Under the pieces are notes generated by a model. It saw only the letters and a list, made by a program, of their open reading frames with translations, did not search any database and was not told where the DNA came from. From NCBI RefSeq assembly GCF_009914755.1, contig NC_060947.1: a stretch of DNA of 64,000 bases; one strand, written 5' to 3'. The DNA comes from the human T2T-CHM13v2.0 reference genome, Homo sapiens. Within the stretch, counting starts at the first letter, position 1. Every line of letters starts with the position of its first letter. Of this stretch, positions 35,998 through 59,762 are shown piece after piece. The position numbers were made by a program, and so were the translations under genes.

Positions 35998-37641
35998 TTA
36001 TTTTGCAAGGCACCATGCTGGCTATTATTATGATATACATTGTGCTGGCTATTTTATAAATGCCAATATAAGAAGAAAAAAAAGTTCTCATATTTTAACA
36101 ACACATGAGGAAACTGAGGCTTAGAGAGGGGAAGCAACTTGTTGGAGGTCAGTCAGGTTGTGGTGTATCACAGCTTAGAGCCTAGCTCCCATCATTCCCA
36201 AGTTTCCTCAGGTTTCTTCTGCTTCTATTTCCTTGATCTTATCTTGTTTGTGTATTAGAGGGTGGAAATGCCTTCTGTGATTGCAGGTGCTGCCTTTTCT
36301 TACCTTGGTTTTTGTAGTTGCTGGCAGCCCAGCAGAGACTCTAGTTTGGGGGAAGATATATAGGGCAATTACGTGCATGTGAGTATGTTCTGTTCCTCCT
36401 AGCTCTCAAGATATTGCTGACTAAGCTGTGTGCCTAGATCTTTGAAAACTTTTTTAGCAGGTGAGAGTCCCCTTCCTGAGGTTGGAGCACTGCTCAAAAG
36501 CCTAGTGGGAAAGGGACTCATGTGTTTACAGATTCCCTTTGCTGCAGGGGTCAGAGGGAAAGCCAGAGCACTATGGGGCCAAAGGGAAAGCTGGCTGTTC
36601 ATGTCCTCTGCTCCATCCTGCACCAGAAGCCACCTACCCATGAGGGTTGAAATTAATGAAAATGTAGCCAATATTTTCAATTAGGTCCAGTGTTATTTAA
36701 ACTTCATTCATTCAAATTGAGTGCAGAGAATCAAGGTCATAGATCCTGGAAAAATTGTGACATATGCAGTCTTATCTGTTCATCTCTCCTCTACCACTTA
36801 GCAATTGTGTGGCTTTGGACAAGTCAGTTCTTATTTTCTTCATGTGTAAAATCCTGAATAGGAAGGGTTGGGGAAGGTTGGAATGAATCATCTCCAGATA
36901 TATAATAATCTTAAAACCAAAGAGTTTTAGTACTACATAATCAAAAAAATTATAATCCTATAATTCTAAACCTACAAACCTATAACTTATAATTTCAAAA
37001 TCAAGTGTGTCTTCCTTTCCTCTTGTCCTATATTGATCTTTTGTCCTATTCTCAGGACAAAAGATTCTTAATTGTTTCTCAGTTGAGGTACAAGTTTTCA
37101 ATTAAATACTGTCATTACAATACTGTCATTATCAGTATTGACCTATAATGAAGGCATCATTTGGATATCTGGAAAGGCAGAAGGAGTTAAGAGCATTAAT
37201 CTTGCTTTTAGACCCGAGGAAACCTAGCATATTTAGTAGTTGGGATAGAATTTAGGTCTACTGGAATGACCTAAAAGGCTCAGAAAAATTTGATATTGTG
37301 TGCTTGGGGCCTTAATGTAGAATTTCTTTGTAGTTTAAAGCCATTCAAACATCAACTCCTTTGGATCACATTCCAGATGCCATTTTAGTAGTGTCACAGT
37401 GCTATGTACCAGTCACATTTGTCTGCCTTTGCCTACCCGAACTCTGAAATTCAGAGCAAGAAGTTTTCAAGTTTGTTTTTCTCTACCTAGCTTGAGAAGT
37501 GTTCTTCCTGACCTGACAAGAATGACTTACTATCTTCTTCTCTCCAGCCTGTTGCCTGCTGAGGTCTAACACACATGGAGTAGTTGGAATGAATTGCAAC
37601 CTCTCGTGAAAGTAACTCCTCTTATATGAAGCATAGATTTA

Positions 37642-38065
<424 letters not shown>

Positions 38066-38750
38066 TCAAACACAAAAAATTGATAATGCATAGGCCTCTC
38101 TTAAAAAAATTGACTTTCTTGCTGGCCTTGAGAGCCCATGAGTATAATAAAGTCACATTAACATTTGACCCAGATAATGGGGGCCCTTAGCTTGCAGCTG
38201 TTTATGCAAAAATTAAGCTTCTGTCAAAATCTTCGCTAGTATTATCCCTTTTTATCTCAGAGTATTGCCTCAAGTGGGTTTAGAAACATACCAACTGAAG
38301 TTTTTCCACATCATCTTCACTGCTGCTTCTGCTACCAGTTCCTTTTTTGAAAACACAAATCTTTGCCAAGTTTGTCTCCTGATGTTTGCCATGCCACCAG
38401 TCCCCCAAATGCCAAAGTAGTTCTGTGTTCTTGGCAGAAGTGAGCAAAATTGTTCTCTCTTTAATTCTAAGCCATAGATTATCACTGGGGTCCTGCTGCT
38501 CGGAAGACCCAGAATTACTAAAAGTATTTCTATTAAAAAGTGCTTAAAAACTAATCCCAGGGACTAGGGACACACACTGTCATTTCCCTCTATCTTCCTG
38601 TTCCTCCCTTCTGTCTCTGGTGCTCCAGCACAGACTTCTTCCTTATTCTTTTAGCAAAGAAGAAAAGCCTTCATGCATATCAATTCATGAAGAAAGAAAT
38701 ACAGGAGGGTTATTAATCCCCCACAACATACAGAACTGAATCCTGAGCTA

Positions 38751-39070
<320 letters not shown>

Positions 39071-39273
39071 AAGCAACAATAATGTTATTAATAATAGTAA
39101 TATTAACACAGTATTTATGATGTACAGGGCTCTATTATAGGCACTTTACATATATTAATTCATTTAATTCTTACAAAAACCCCATAAGCTAGATACTATT
39201 ATCACCCTCATAACTTGCCACAAGTCTCAGATTGTGTATTGTGGTGGAGCCAGGATGCTCTAGAACTTGTAAC

Positions 39274-39436
39274 TTTTTTTCTTTAGAGATGGAGTTTTGC
39301 TTTGTCACCCAGGCTGAAGTGCAGTGGTGTGATCATAGTTCACTGCAACCTCAAACTCCTGGGCCCAAGTGATCCTCCCTCTTCAGCCTCCCAAGTTGAT
39401 GGGATTACAGGCATGAGTGAGTGTTTGTGTCCAGCC
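39274..39436 (-). mobile_element. Alu monomer (FAM/FRAM-like) inserted in a MIR
   Basis: Single monomer; TSD ctctagaacttgtaa at 39258-39272 and 39436-39450. Confidence 0.8.
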
Positions 39437-39459
39437 TCTAGAACTTGTAATCTGAACAG

Positions 39460-40060
39460 CTATGACACCATTACATTCCAAATTAGGAAGCCTTAGCAAA
39501 TGGGACATACTGGAATAGATAAAAGAAAAAAAAAGATTTCAGTTCATAATATTCAGTGCTGGTAATGCCGTAGAGAAACAGGTATAGTGACATACTCTTA
39601 AACATCTTGTAAATAATCTGTTGGACCCTTGGAAAAGCAGTATGACAATATTCAGTAAGTCATAAGTAAGCTCATACTGTATGATCCAGTAATTCTAATC
39701 AACAGAAATTTGTCACAAGAAATGATGCCAAAAGGCACAGAAAAGTTATGTGTACAGGGATGTTAAAGCCTTACTGATGAAGAAATAACAACAAAATTGT
39801 CCACCATTGGCCATTTGCCAATGGATTAATGTTGGTGTGTCAACAGAATGGAACATAAGGCAGCCTTGAGAAAAAGTAATTAGGAAGACTGCACAGGTAT
39901 GTGACAGAATATTTATGACAGAATGGTAAGTGAAAATATCATCACCAAATTCCCCAGCCATCCTGGTTGCAGACCATTTAAATTATGTGTATATATGAAA
40001 AAGAATAAGCAAACATGAAGAGAGTGGTATTTAGGTGGTGGAATTATGAGCCACTTTTCT
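39460..40060 (+). mobile_element. Ancient L1ME-like 3' fragment
   Basis: tgctggtaatgccgtagagaaacagg; atgatccagtaattcta; gtacagggatgtt. Confidence 0.55.
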
Positions 40061-40795
40061 ATTTTTATAAGAGTTAGAGATGACCTTTTTATAATTTTTA
40101 GAGATGACCTTTTCATTGTAGAGAGAAAAAAAATTATGATAATTTCCTTGTCCCTGGAAGCCAGCTTTCATTTCACAGAGACCCATGGAATTCATTCCTC
40201 CACAGCACTGGACTTTGGTTTTCGAAAGGGATAGGACAGATAGTAGAGGACCTGACTATGGACTCTCTATCCACACAGACAGGAAAATCTCCAGGACTTA
40301 TACTTTTCTTAAGAGGAAGAGTCAGTAAGGCCCTTTCAGCAAATTCTTCCTATTGTGTCACTTAAATTAAGCAGTGTGTATGGTGGCTCATTCCTGGAAA
40401 AGGAGTTGGGTAAAGGGTGTAATTCTCTCTTAGGTCTCTGACTTGCTGCGTGACTTCTGGCATCACTTTTTTCATCTTTGAAACAGGTAGGTATGAAGGG
40501 GCTTCATAAACTGCACAGCAAATTACAGATGTGAGCTGCAGACACAGCAAAAAACAATTGTATTTTGGATTCAAATATGAAGACTCTGTCCTTCATCTCT
40601 TTGAGGCATACTTGAGAAGTATATTTGCTCATAAAGAAAGCTGTTCTACTTTAGTCATCAGCTGATTTGTTTTCTCTTATTGTCTATTATAAATAATGAT
40701 ATAAATATTCAAGTACAAGTTTTTGTGTGGACATGTTTTTAATTCTCTTGAGTATATACTTAGGAGTGAAATTTCTGGATTGTATAATAATTCTG

Positions 40796-41093
40796 TTTTT
40801 TTTTTTTTTTTTTGAGACGGAATCTCGCTGTCGCCCAGGCTGGAGTGCAGTGGCACGATCTCGGCTCACTGCAGGCTCCGTCCCCCAGGGTTCACACCAT
40901 TCCCCCGCCTCAGCCTCCCGAGTAGCTGGGACTACAGGCACCCACCACCTCGCCCGGCTAATTTTTTGTATTTTCAGTAGAGACGGGGTTTCACCGTGTT
41001 AGCCAAGATGGTCTCGATCTCCTGACCTCGTGATCCGCCCGCCTCTGCCTTCCAAAGTGCTGGGATTACAGGGGTGAGCCACTGCGCCCGGCC
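40796..41093 (-). mobile_element. AluY variant (AluYe-like) inside an L1M fragment (~40670-41180)
   Basis: tctcgctgtcgccc (2-bp deletion), actgcaggctccgtcccccaggg, cacctcgcccggc; TSD aataattct. Confidence 0.85.
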
Positions 41094-41601
41094 AATAATT
41101 CTATGTTTAACTTTTTGAGAAACTGCCAGACTGTTTTCTAAATTGGCTGCACCATTTTACATTTCTACCAGCAGTCTATATTTTAAGAGGCATCTTCTTA
41201 GAGAACACCCTGGGGATTACAATTAACATCTTAATTTATAAAAATCTAGTTCAGATTAATACCAAATTGACTTCAACAAATACATGCAATGACTTGCTCC
41301 TATGTGGCTCATTTCTCTCTGCCCTCCTTTGAACTATTATTGTCCTACAAATTACATTATTATACATTATCAACCCATCAATATTTATACATATTGTTTT
41401 ATGCAGTTATTTTAAACAGATTACAGAAAGGTGTTTCAAGTAAAAATATGTTTATACTCTCTTTTATTTACCTGTGTAGTTACCTTCTGTGGTACTCTTT
41501 ATTAATGGGTGTGGATCCGTATGACTGCCTAGTGTCTTCATTTCAGCATGAAGGGACTGCCTTTAGTATTTTTTGTAGGCAGGCAGTCTTCTAGTGATGA
41601 A

Positions 41602-41716
<115 letters not shown>

Positions 41717-41886
41717 AAATCAGGGAGGTGTCTTATTTCTTTTTTTTGTTTGAAAAATATTTTTTATTTGCTATTGGGCTAATTTCATAACTGACTTTTG
41801 CTAGACTGCATAAGCTATACATCTGTACACATTTTTGGTTTGTATAGGGAGACTGGGTTTTAATATCTACCCCACCCTCAATACTA

Positions 41887-44810
<2,924 letters not shown>

Positions 44811-47124
44811 TTTTCTTTTTCCTTTTTTTAATGTTTAAGTTCAGGGATACATGTGCAGCATGTGCAGGTTTGTTACATAGTTAAATGTGTGTTATGGTGG
44901 TTTGCTGCACAGATTATCCCATCACTTAAGTATTAAGCCCAGAATCCATCATTGATTCTTCCTGATCCTCTCCCTCTTCCCACCTACCACTCTCTGACAG
45001 TCCCCAGTGTGTGTTGTTCCCTGCCTCCTGCAATGTGTCCATGTGTTCTCATCATTAAGCTCCCACTTATAAGTGAGAACATGCAGAGTTTGGTTTTCTT
45101 TTCCTGCATTAGTTTCCCAATAATAATGGCCTTCAGCTCCATCCATGTCCCTGCAAAAGACATTATCTCTTTTTTATGGCTGCATAGTATTTCATGGTGT
45201 ATATGTACCACATTTTCTTTATCCCGTCTATCATTGATGGGCACTTAGGTTGATTCCATGTCTTTCTTTGCTATTGTGAGTAGTACTACAATGAACATAT
45301 GAGTGCATGTGTCTTTATAATAGAACAAATTATACTCTTTTGGGGATGTACCCAGTAATGGGATTGCTGGGTCAAATGGTATTTATGTCTGTAGGTCTTT
45401 GAGAAATTGCCAAACTGTTTTTCACAATGGCTGAACTAATTTACACTCACATCAACCAGTGTGGGAGCATTCCTTTTACTCCACAACCTCACAAGCACCT
45501 GTTGTTTTTTGACTTTTTAATAATAGCCATTCTGACTATATGAGATGGTTCCTCATTCTGGATTTGATTTGCATTTCCCTGATGTTGAGCTTTTTTTCAT
45601 ATGTTTGTTGGCCATATGTATGTCTTTTTTTGAAAAGTGTCTGTTCATGTTCTTTACCCACTTCTTAATGAGGTTGTCTGTTTTGTTCTTGCAAAGCTGT
45701 TTAAATTCCTTGTAGATGCTGGATATTAGATCTTAGATCGATAGACTGCAAAAGTTTTCTCGCTGACTGTAAGACTGTCTGTAAAACTTTGTTGATAGTT
45801 TTTTTTTTCTGTGTAGAAGCTCTTTAGTTTAATTGGATACCATTTGTCAATTTTTAGTTTTGGTGCAATTGCTTTTGTCACGTTTGTCATGAAATCTTTG
45901 TCCATGCCTATGTCCTAAATGGTATTGCCTAGGTTTTCTTCCAGGGTTTTTGTAGTTTTGGGTTTTACATTTAAGTCTTTACTTCATCTTGAGTTAATTT
46001 TTCTATAGGGTGTAAGGAAGTGGTCCAGTTTCAGTTTTCTGTGAATGGCTAGCCAGTTCTCCCATCACTATTTATTAAATAGGGAATCCTTTCCCCATTG
46101 CTTGTTTTTGTCAGGTTTGTCAAAGATCAGATGGTTGTAGGTGTGCAGTCTTATTTCTTGGTTCTCTATTCTGTTCCATTTGTCTATGCGTCTGTTCTTG
46201 TACCAGTACCATACTTTTTTTGTTACTGTAGTCCTGTAGTATAGTTTGAAGTCGGGTAGCATGATGCCTTCAGCTTTGTTCTTTTTGCTTAAGATTGTCT
46301 TGGCTATTTGGGCTCATTTTTGGTTCCATATAAATTTTAAAATTTTTCCTAATACTGTGAAGAATGTCAGTGGCAGTTTAATGGGAATAGCATTGAATCT
46401 GTAAATTCCCTAGGCAGTATGGCCATTTTCACAATATTGATTCTTTCTATCCATGAGTGTGGAAAACTTTTTTAATTGTTTGTGTCCTCTTTTATTTCGT
46501 TGATCAGTGGTTTGTAGTTCTCCTTGAAGAGACACTATATTTCACTTGTTAGCTGTATTTCTAGGTATTTTTTTTGTGTTTGGCAATTGTAAATAGGAGT
46601 TCATTCGTGATTTGGCTCTCAGCTTGCCTATTGTTGATGTGTAAAAGTGCTATTAATTTTTGCATATTGATTTTATATCCTGAGACTGCTGAAGTTGCTT
46701 ATTGCCTAAGAAGCTTTTGGGCTGAAATGATGGGGTTTTCTAGATATAGGATCATGTCATCTACAAACTAGGATAGTTTGACTTCCCCTCTTCCTTTTCG
46801 AATACGCCTTATTTCTTTCTCTTGCCTGATTTCCCTGGCCAGAAATCCCACTACTATGTTGAACAGGAGTGGTGAGAAAGGGCATTTTTGTCTTGTGCTG
46901 ATTTTCAAGGGAAATGCTTCCAGCTTTTGCCCATTCAGTATAATATTGGCTGTGGGGTTGTCATATGTGGCTCTTACTATTTTAAGGTATGTTCCTTCAA
47001 TACCTAGTTTATTGAGAGTTTTTAACAGGAAGGGATGTTGAATTTTATGAAAGGCCTTTTCTGCATTTATTGAGATAGTCATGTAGTTTTTTCTTTAGTT
47101 CTGTTTATGTGATGAGACACATTT

Positions 47125-54122
<6,998 letters not shown>

Positions 54123-57100
54123 TGAATTACATTTATTGATTTGCATATGTTGAACCTATCTTGCATCCTGGGGATGAAGCCTACCTCATCATGGTGAATA
54201 TGCTTTTCAATGTGCTGTTGGATTTGGTTTGCCAGTAGTTTTTTGAGGATTTTTTCATCAATATTAATCAGAGATATTGGCCTGAAGTTTTATTTTTTTG
54301 TTGTGTCTCTGATGGGTTTTGGTATCAGGATGATGCTGGCCATATAGAATGAATTAGAGAGGAGTCTCTCCTTTTCATTTTTCTGGGATAGTTTTAGTAA
54401 GAAAGATACCAGCTCTTCTGTGTACCACAGGTAAAATTCAGCTGTGAATCCATCTGGTCTTGGGCTTTTTTTGGTTGGTAGACTATTTATTACTGCCTCA
54501 ATTTCAAAACTCGTTATTGGTTTTTTTCAGAAATTTAATTTCTTCCTGGTTCAATCTTGGGAGGGTGTATGTGTCCAGGAATTCATCAATTTCTTCTAGA
54601 TTTTTTAGTTTATGTGCATAGAGATGTTTATAATATTCTCTGATGGTTTTTTTTTAATTTCTGTGGAGTCAGTGGTGATATTCCCCTTATCATTTCTGAT
54701 TGTGTTTATTTGAATTTTCTGTCTTTAGTCTATCTTACTATTTTTTTCAAAAAGCCAACTCCTAGATTCGTTGATTTTTTTTGAAGGTTTCTTTGTGTCT
54801 AGCTCCTTCAGTTCTGCTCTGATGTTCGTTATTTCTGGTCTTCTGCTAGCTTTGGGATTTGTTTGCTCTTGGTTATCTAGTTCTTTTGGCTGTGATGTTA
54901 CGTTGTTAACTTGAGATCTTTCTAGCTTTTTGGTGTGGATATTTATTGCTATACATTTCCCTCATCACTGCTTAGCTGCATCCCAGACATTCTGGTACGT
55001 TGTCTCTTTGTTCTCATTAGTTTCAAAGAACTTCTTGATTTCTGCCTTAATTTTTTATTTACCTAGGAGTTATTCAGTAGTATGTTGTTCAATTTCCATG
55101 TAGTTGTGTGATTTTGAATGAATTTCTTAATTTTAAGTTCTTATTTGAAGATGCTGTGGTCTGAGAGACTGTTATGATCTCAGCTATTTTGCATTTGCTG
55201 GGGAGTGTTTTACTTCTAATTATGTAATTAATTTTAGACTAAGTACCACTTGGAAATGAGAAGAATGTATATTCTTTTGTTTTGGGGTGGAGAGTCCTGT
55301 AAATATTTATCAAGTCCACTTGATCCAGAACTAACTTCAGGTCCTGAATGTCTTTGTTAATTTTCTGTCTCGATCTGTCTGATATTGTCACCGGGGTGTT
55401 AAAGTCTCCCATTATTATTGTATGGGAGTCTAAGTCTCTTTGAATTTCTCTAAGAACTTGCTTAAAGAATGTAGGTGCTCCTGTATTGGGAGCATATGTA
55501 CTTAGAATAGTTAGCTCTTCTTGTTGAATGGAATCCTTTACCATTATGTAATACCTTTCTTTGTCTTTTTTGATCTTTGTTGGTTTAAACTCTGTTTTGT
55601 CAGAAACTAGGATTGAAACTTCTGCTTTTTTTCTGTTTTGCATTTGCTTGGTAAATTTTCCTTTATTCCTTTATTTTGAGCCTGTGTGTGTCTTTGCATG
55701 TAAGATGGGTTCCTTGAAGACAGTGTACTGATGGGTTTTGGTTCTTTATCCAGCTTGCCATTCTGCGTCTTCTAATTGGAGCATTTACCCCATTGCCATT
55801 TAAAGTTAGTATTGTTATGTGTAGATTTGATCCTGTCATCTTGAGGCTAGCTTGTTATTTTGCAGACTTGTTTTTGTGGTTGCTTCATAGTGCCACTTGT
55901 CTGTGTACTTCAGTGTGTTTTTGTAATAGCTGCTAATGGTTTTTCTTTTTCACATTTTGCACTTCCTTCGGGAGCTCTTACAAGGCAGGTCTTGTGATGA
56001 ATTCCCTCAGCATTTGCTTCTCTGAAAAGGATCTTATTTCTCCTTTGTTTATGAAGCTTATTTTGGCCAGGTATGATACTCTGGATTGAAAATTTTTATG
56101 TATTTATTATTTTACTTTATTTTATTTGTTTAGAATGTTGAATATTGACCCTCAATCTCTTCTGGCTTGTAGGGTTTCCACTGACAGGTCTGCTTTTAGT
56201 CAGGCTTCCCTTTGAGGGTGATCTGGCCTTTCTCTCTGGCTGCCCTTAACATTTTTTTCCTTTCATTTCCTCCTTGAAAATCTGATAACTATGTGTCTTG
56301 AGAATGATCTTCTCTTGGGAACATGTTACTGAGGCTCTGCACATTTTCTGAATTTGAATTGTTGGCCTGTCTTGCTAGGTTGGATACTTCCTTTTGGATG
56401 ATATTCTCAAATATGTTTTCCAGATTGGTTCCATTATCACTGTCTTTTCCAGGTACCCCAATCAGTCATAAATTTTGTCTCTTTACATAATCCCATATTT
56501 CTCAGAGGTTTTGTTCATTCTTTCTAATTATTTTCTCTATTCTTGTCTGTCTGTGTTATTTCAGAAAGACAGCCTTCAAACTGATATATTTTCCTCCACT
56601 TGGTCTATTCTGCTATTAATACATGTGATTGCATTGTGAAGTTCTCCTAGTGTGTTTTTTAGCTCTGTCAGGTTGGTTATGTTTCTCTCTATACTGGCTA
56701 TTTTGGTTGTCAGCTTCTGCATTCTTTTATTTTGCTTCTTACTTTCTTTGTGTTGAATTACAACATGCTTTTTTTTTTTTTTTTTTTTTAGCTCAGCAAA
56801 GTTCATTTTTATCCACATTCTGAATCCTACTTCTGTTATTTCAGCCATTTCATCCTCAGCCCAGTTCTGAACCCTTGCTGGAGAGGTGTTGTAGTCATTG
56901 GGACGAAAGGGGATACTCTAGAGTTTTGAGTTTTCAGCATTTTTGCACTGATTCCTTTTCATCTTTGTGAGATTATCTACCTTTGATCTATGAGGTTGCT
57001 GTCTTTTGGATGGGGTTTTTTTGGGGGATTTTGTTTTTGTTGTTTGTTTGTTTTTGGCAGCCTGGCTACTCTTCCATAGGGCTGTTCTGGTTCATTGGGG

Positions 57101-57219
57101 GCCCACTCCCGACCCCTAGTCCTCAGTTTTTCCCATACCTGGAGGTATCACAAGTGAAGTCTACAAAGCAACAGAGATGGAAGCGTGCCCCTTTCTCTGA
57201 AATCTCCATCCTAGTGGGG

Positions 57220-58270
57220 CACTGACATGTTGGCTGCCCAAATGTGCCTGTAGGAAGTGGCTAGAGATCCCCGTTGGGAGGTCTCATCCAGTCAGGAGGA
57301 AAGGATAAGGGACCCACTTAAGAAAGCAATCTGGCTGATTTTTGGTAGAGCAGCTGTGGTGTGTTGGGGATCCCTTCAGCCCCTGAGCAATTTGGGCTCC
57401 CCAAGGCCCACAGGCTTGACTGGCTTAGATATCCAAACAGCCAATGTGGAGGTCTGCCCTGCCCCCTGGGCACTCCATCCCAGGGAGATATCAGAACTCT
57501 GTTCTTAGAATATGGAAGAGGATAGATGGAGGCCCCAGCTGGGAGGATATGCCCTATAAGGGGAAGTGGATCAGGTTTCCATTTAAAAAAGAAGTCTGAC
57601 CATGCCTTGACAAAACTGCCTTGTCATGCTGCAGAACCGCCTCTGCCCCTATTGACTTGGACTCTCCAAAACCCTCTGGCTGGAATGGCTGTCATCAAGT
57701 CTTCCAAACAACCAACGTGGTGGCCTGCCCTGCCCTCAGGCACTCCACCCTAGGGAGAGATCAGAGCTCTGTTCATAGAATATGAGTAAGTGGGGGTGAC
57801 TGGAGGCACCAGCTGGGAAGTCTCACCCATTGAGGAGGAATGAATCGGAGTCCCTGTTAAAGAAGCAGTCTGACCACACCTTGGGAAAACAGTGATGCCA
57901 TGCTGGGGCACTGCCTCTGATCTTGTCAGCTTGGGCCCTTCAAAGCCTGCAGACTGGGATGGCTGAGTTGTCCAAACCACCAAGGTGGTGGTTCACCCCT
58001 CCCTCTGGGCACTTCATTCCAGGGTGAGATCAGAGTTCTTTCCATAGAATATAGATGGGTAGGGGTAGCTGGAGGCCCCATCTGGGAAGTACCACCCAGT
58101 GAAGAGAAATGAACCAGGATCTTGCTTAAAGAAGCAGTCTGGCCACATTCTATCAAAGCAGCTGTGCTGTGCTGGGGGAACCCTTCCTCATTCGAACTCT
58201 TTGGGCACTTCAAAGCCTGCAGGCTAGAATGGCTGAGTTGACAAAACAGCAGAGATGGTGGCCCACTTTT
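57220..58270 (-). repeat. About 270-bp tandem repeat, ~4 diverged units, within the L1 5' UTR
   Basis: Anchor ggaggc(c/a)cca(g/t)ctgggaag/gagg recurs at ~57265, 57528, 57802 and 58071; aaagaagcagtctg and cagggaga.atcaga.ctctgttc recur in phase. Confidence 0.85.
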
Positions 58271-58497
58271 CCCTAGGGGCTGTATCCTGTCTCAGGCAGT
58301 CTCCATCCTATTGCTATTATCTGGCTAAGCCAGTGGTCTTATCTTGTGAGGTCCTGTGGAAGTGGGCCCGCAGACTGATACTGCGTGGCTCCCTGGATTC
58401 AGCCCCCTTCCTAAGGGTATGTACCAATCTCCCACCTTGCTTGAGTTGCACTCACCTTTGTTGAGGATTCCAGGGCCGGAGTATGTAAAGCTCCTGG

Positions 58498-59143
58498 TGA
58501 TATAACTCAGATGAGTGGAGGAACACCAGGGTTCTTCGTCTCGAATTGAATTGGATAAAATGACATGAACACACGTGAAGTGGTTTTAAGGAATGGAGAG
58601 TTTAATAGGCAAGAAAGAAGGAAGAAGCTCCCCCATACAGAGACCAAGGGAGTGGGGCTCCAAAGATGGGAGAGGAAACATTGAGTGCAATGGAAATCAG
58701 CTAGTTATATGAGGAGGCTGGAGGAGGCAGTGTCTGGTTTGCATAAGGCTCAGGGGATTGGTTTGACCAGGCATGTCATCATGTAGCCCATAAAAAACTG
58801 GCCCTCCCACCCTAGCTTTTAAATATGCAAATGCAGGGCACCATGATGTTCTACACACGTGGGGATATGTGGGGGCAGCCATGTTGCCAGGCACATGTCG
58901 GGGCAAGGGCAAGAGGACAACTGTGGGAATCGCCATGTTTGGGTGGACCCAGTTTCTAGTGGCTTGCATTTGCATATCAAAGGTTTCCTGCCCAGCTCTA
59001 AGAGTCGGAGCTTTCCTTCTAGACAGGAAGCATTTCTGCTTTCTATATTTAAGCAGGAGCTGCTTAAAAAGAAACAAAAACTTCCCAAGGACCCCTTTTC
59101 CTCTCTATCTGCCTAAAATAATTTCTTAATAACTCCTATAACA
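58498..59143 (-). mobile_element. Solo ERV1 LTR, LTR9-family-like
   Basis: TG...CA ends; 4-bp TSD ctgg at 58494-58497 and 59144-59147; minus-strand start tgttataggagttattaagaaattattttaggcagatagagag. Confidence 0.85.
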
Positions 59144-59762
59144 CTGGGTTTCTGTGTGTGGCTGAGAAGCTGCTCTGCTGAGACTCCACACAGTTCTGTG
59201 TGTTAGGCACAAGGCTCATGAGGGGATCTTCTAATTTGAGGGTAGCAAAGATCTGTAGGAGAAGTGTGGTTTCCTGGGGTTGCATATTCACTCACCACTT
59301 CCCTTGGCTAGGGGTGGGGGTTCCCTTGGCTCCATGTCACTGCAGGGTGGGCTGTTGCCCTGCCCTGCTTTTGTTCTCTGTGGGTCAAGTTGTTTCCCTG
59401 ATTAGTTCCAATGAGAGTACCTGGATACTTCAGTTGAAAGTGTGTATTTACTCACCCCTTTCATTCCTCTCCTTGAGTGCCATGGACCACAGTTGCTTCT
59501 AATCTACCATCTTGGTCTGGGACCCTGGGTTTTTTTAAGACAGGGTCTGGCTCTGTCATCCAGGCTGTAGTGCTGCAACATTCCCTTGTGGATTTTCAAT
59601 TAATGCCCTTCATTATATTGAAGAATTTACCTTTTATTCCTAGTTTATTGAATGCATTCTTTAAGTTACCAAATGGTTTGGATTTGTCAAGTGCTTTTTT
59701 TTTTTACATTGATTGAGATGATTATGTTTTTTTAAAATCATTCAAATAATGTGGCATTTTAC

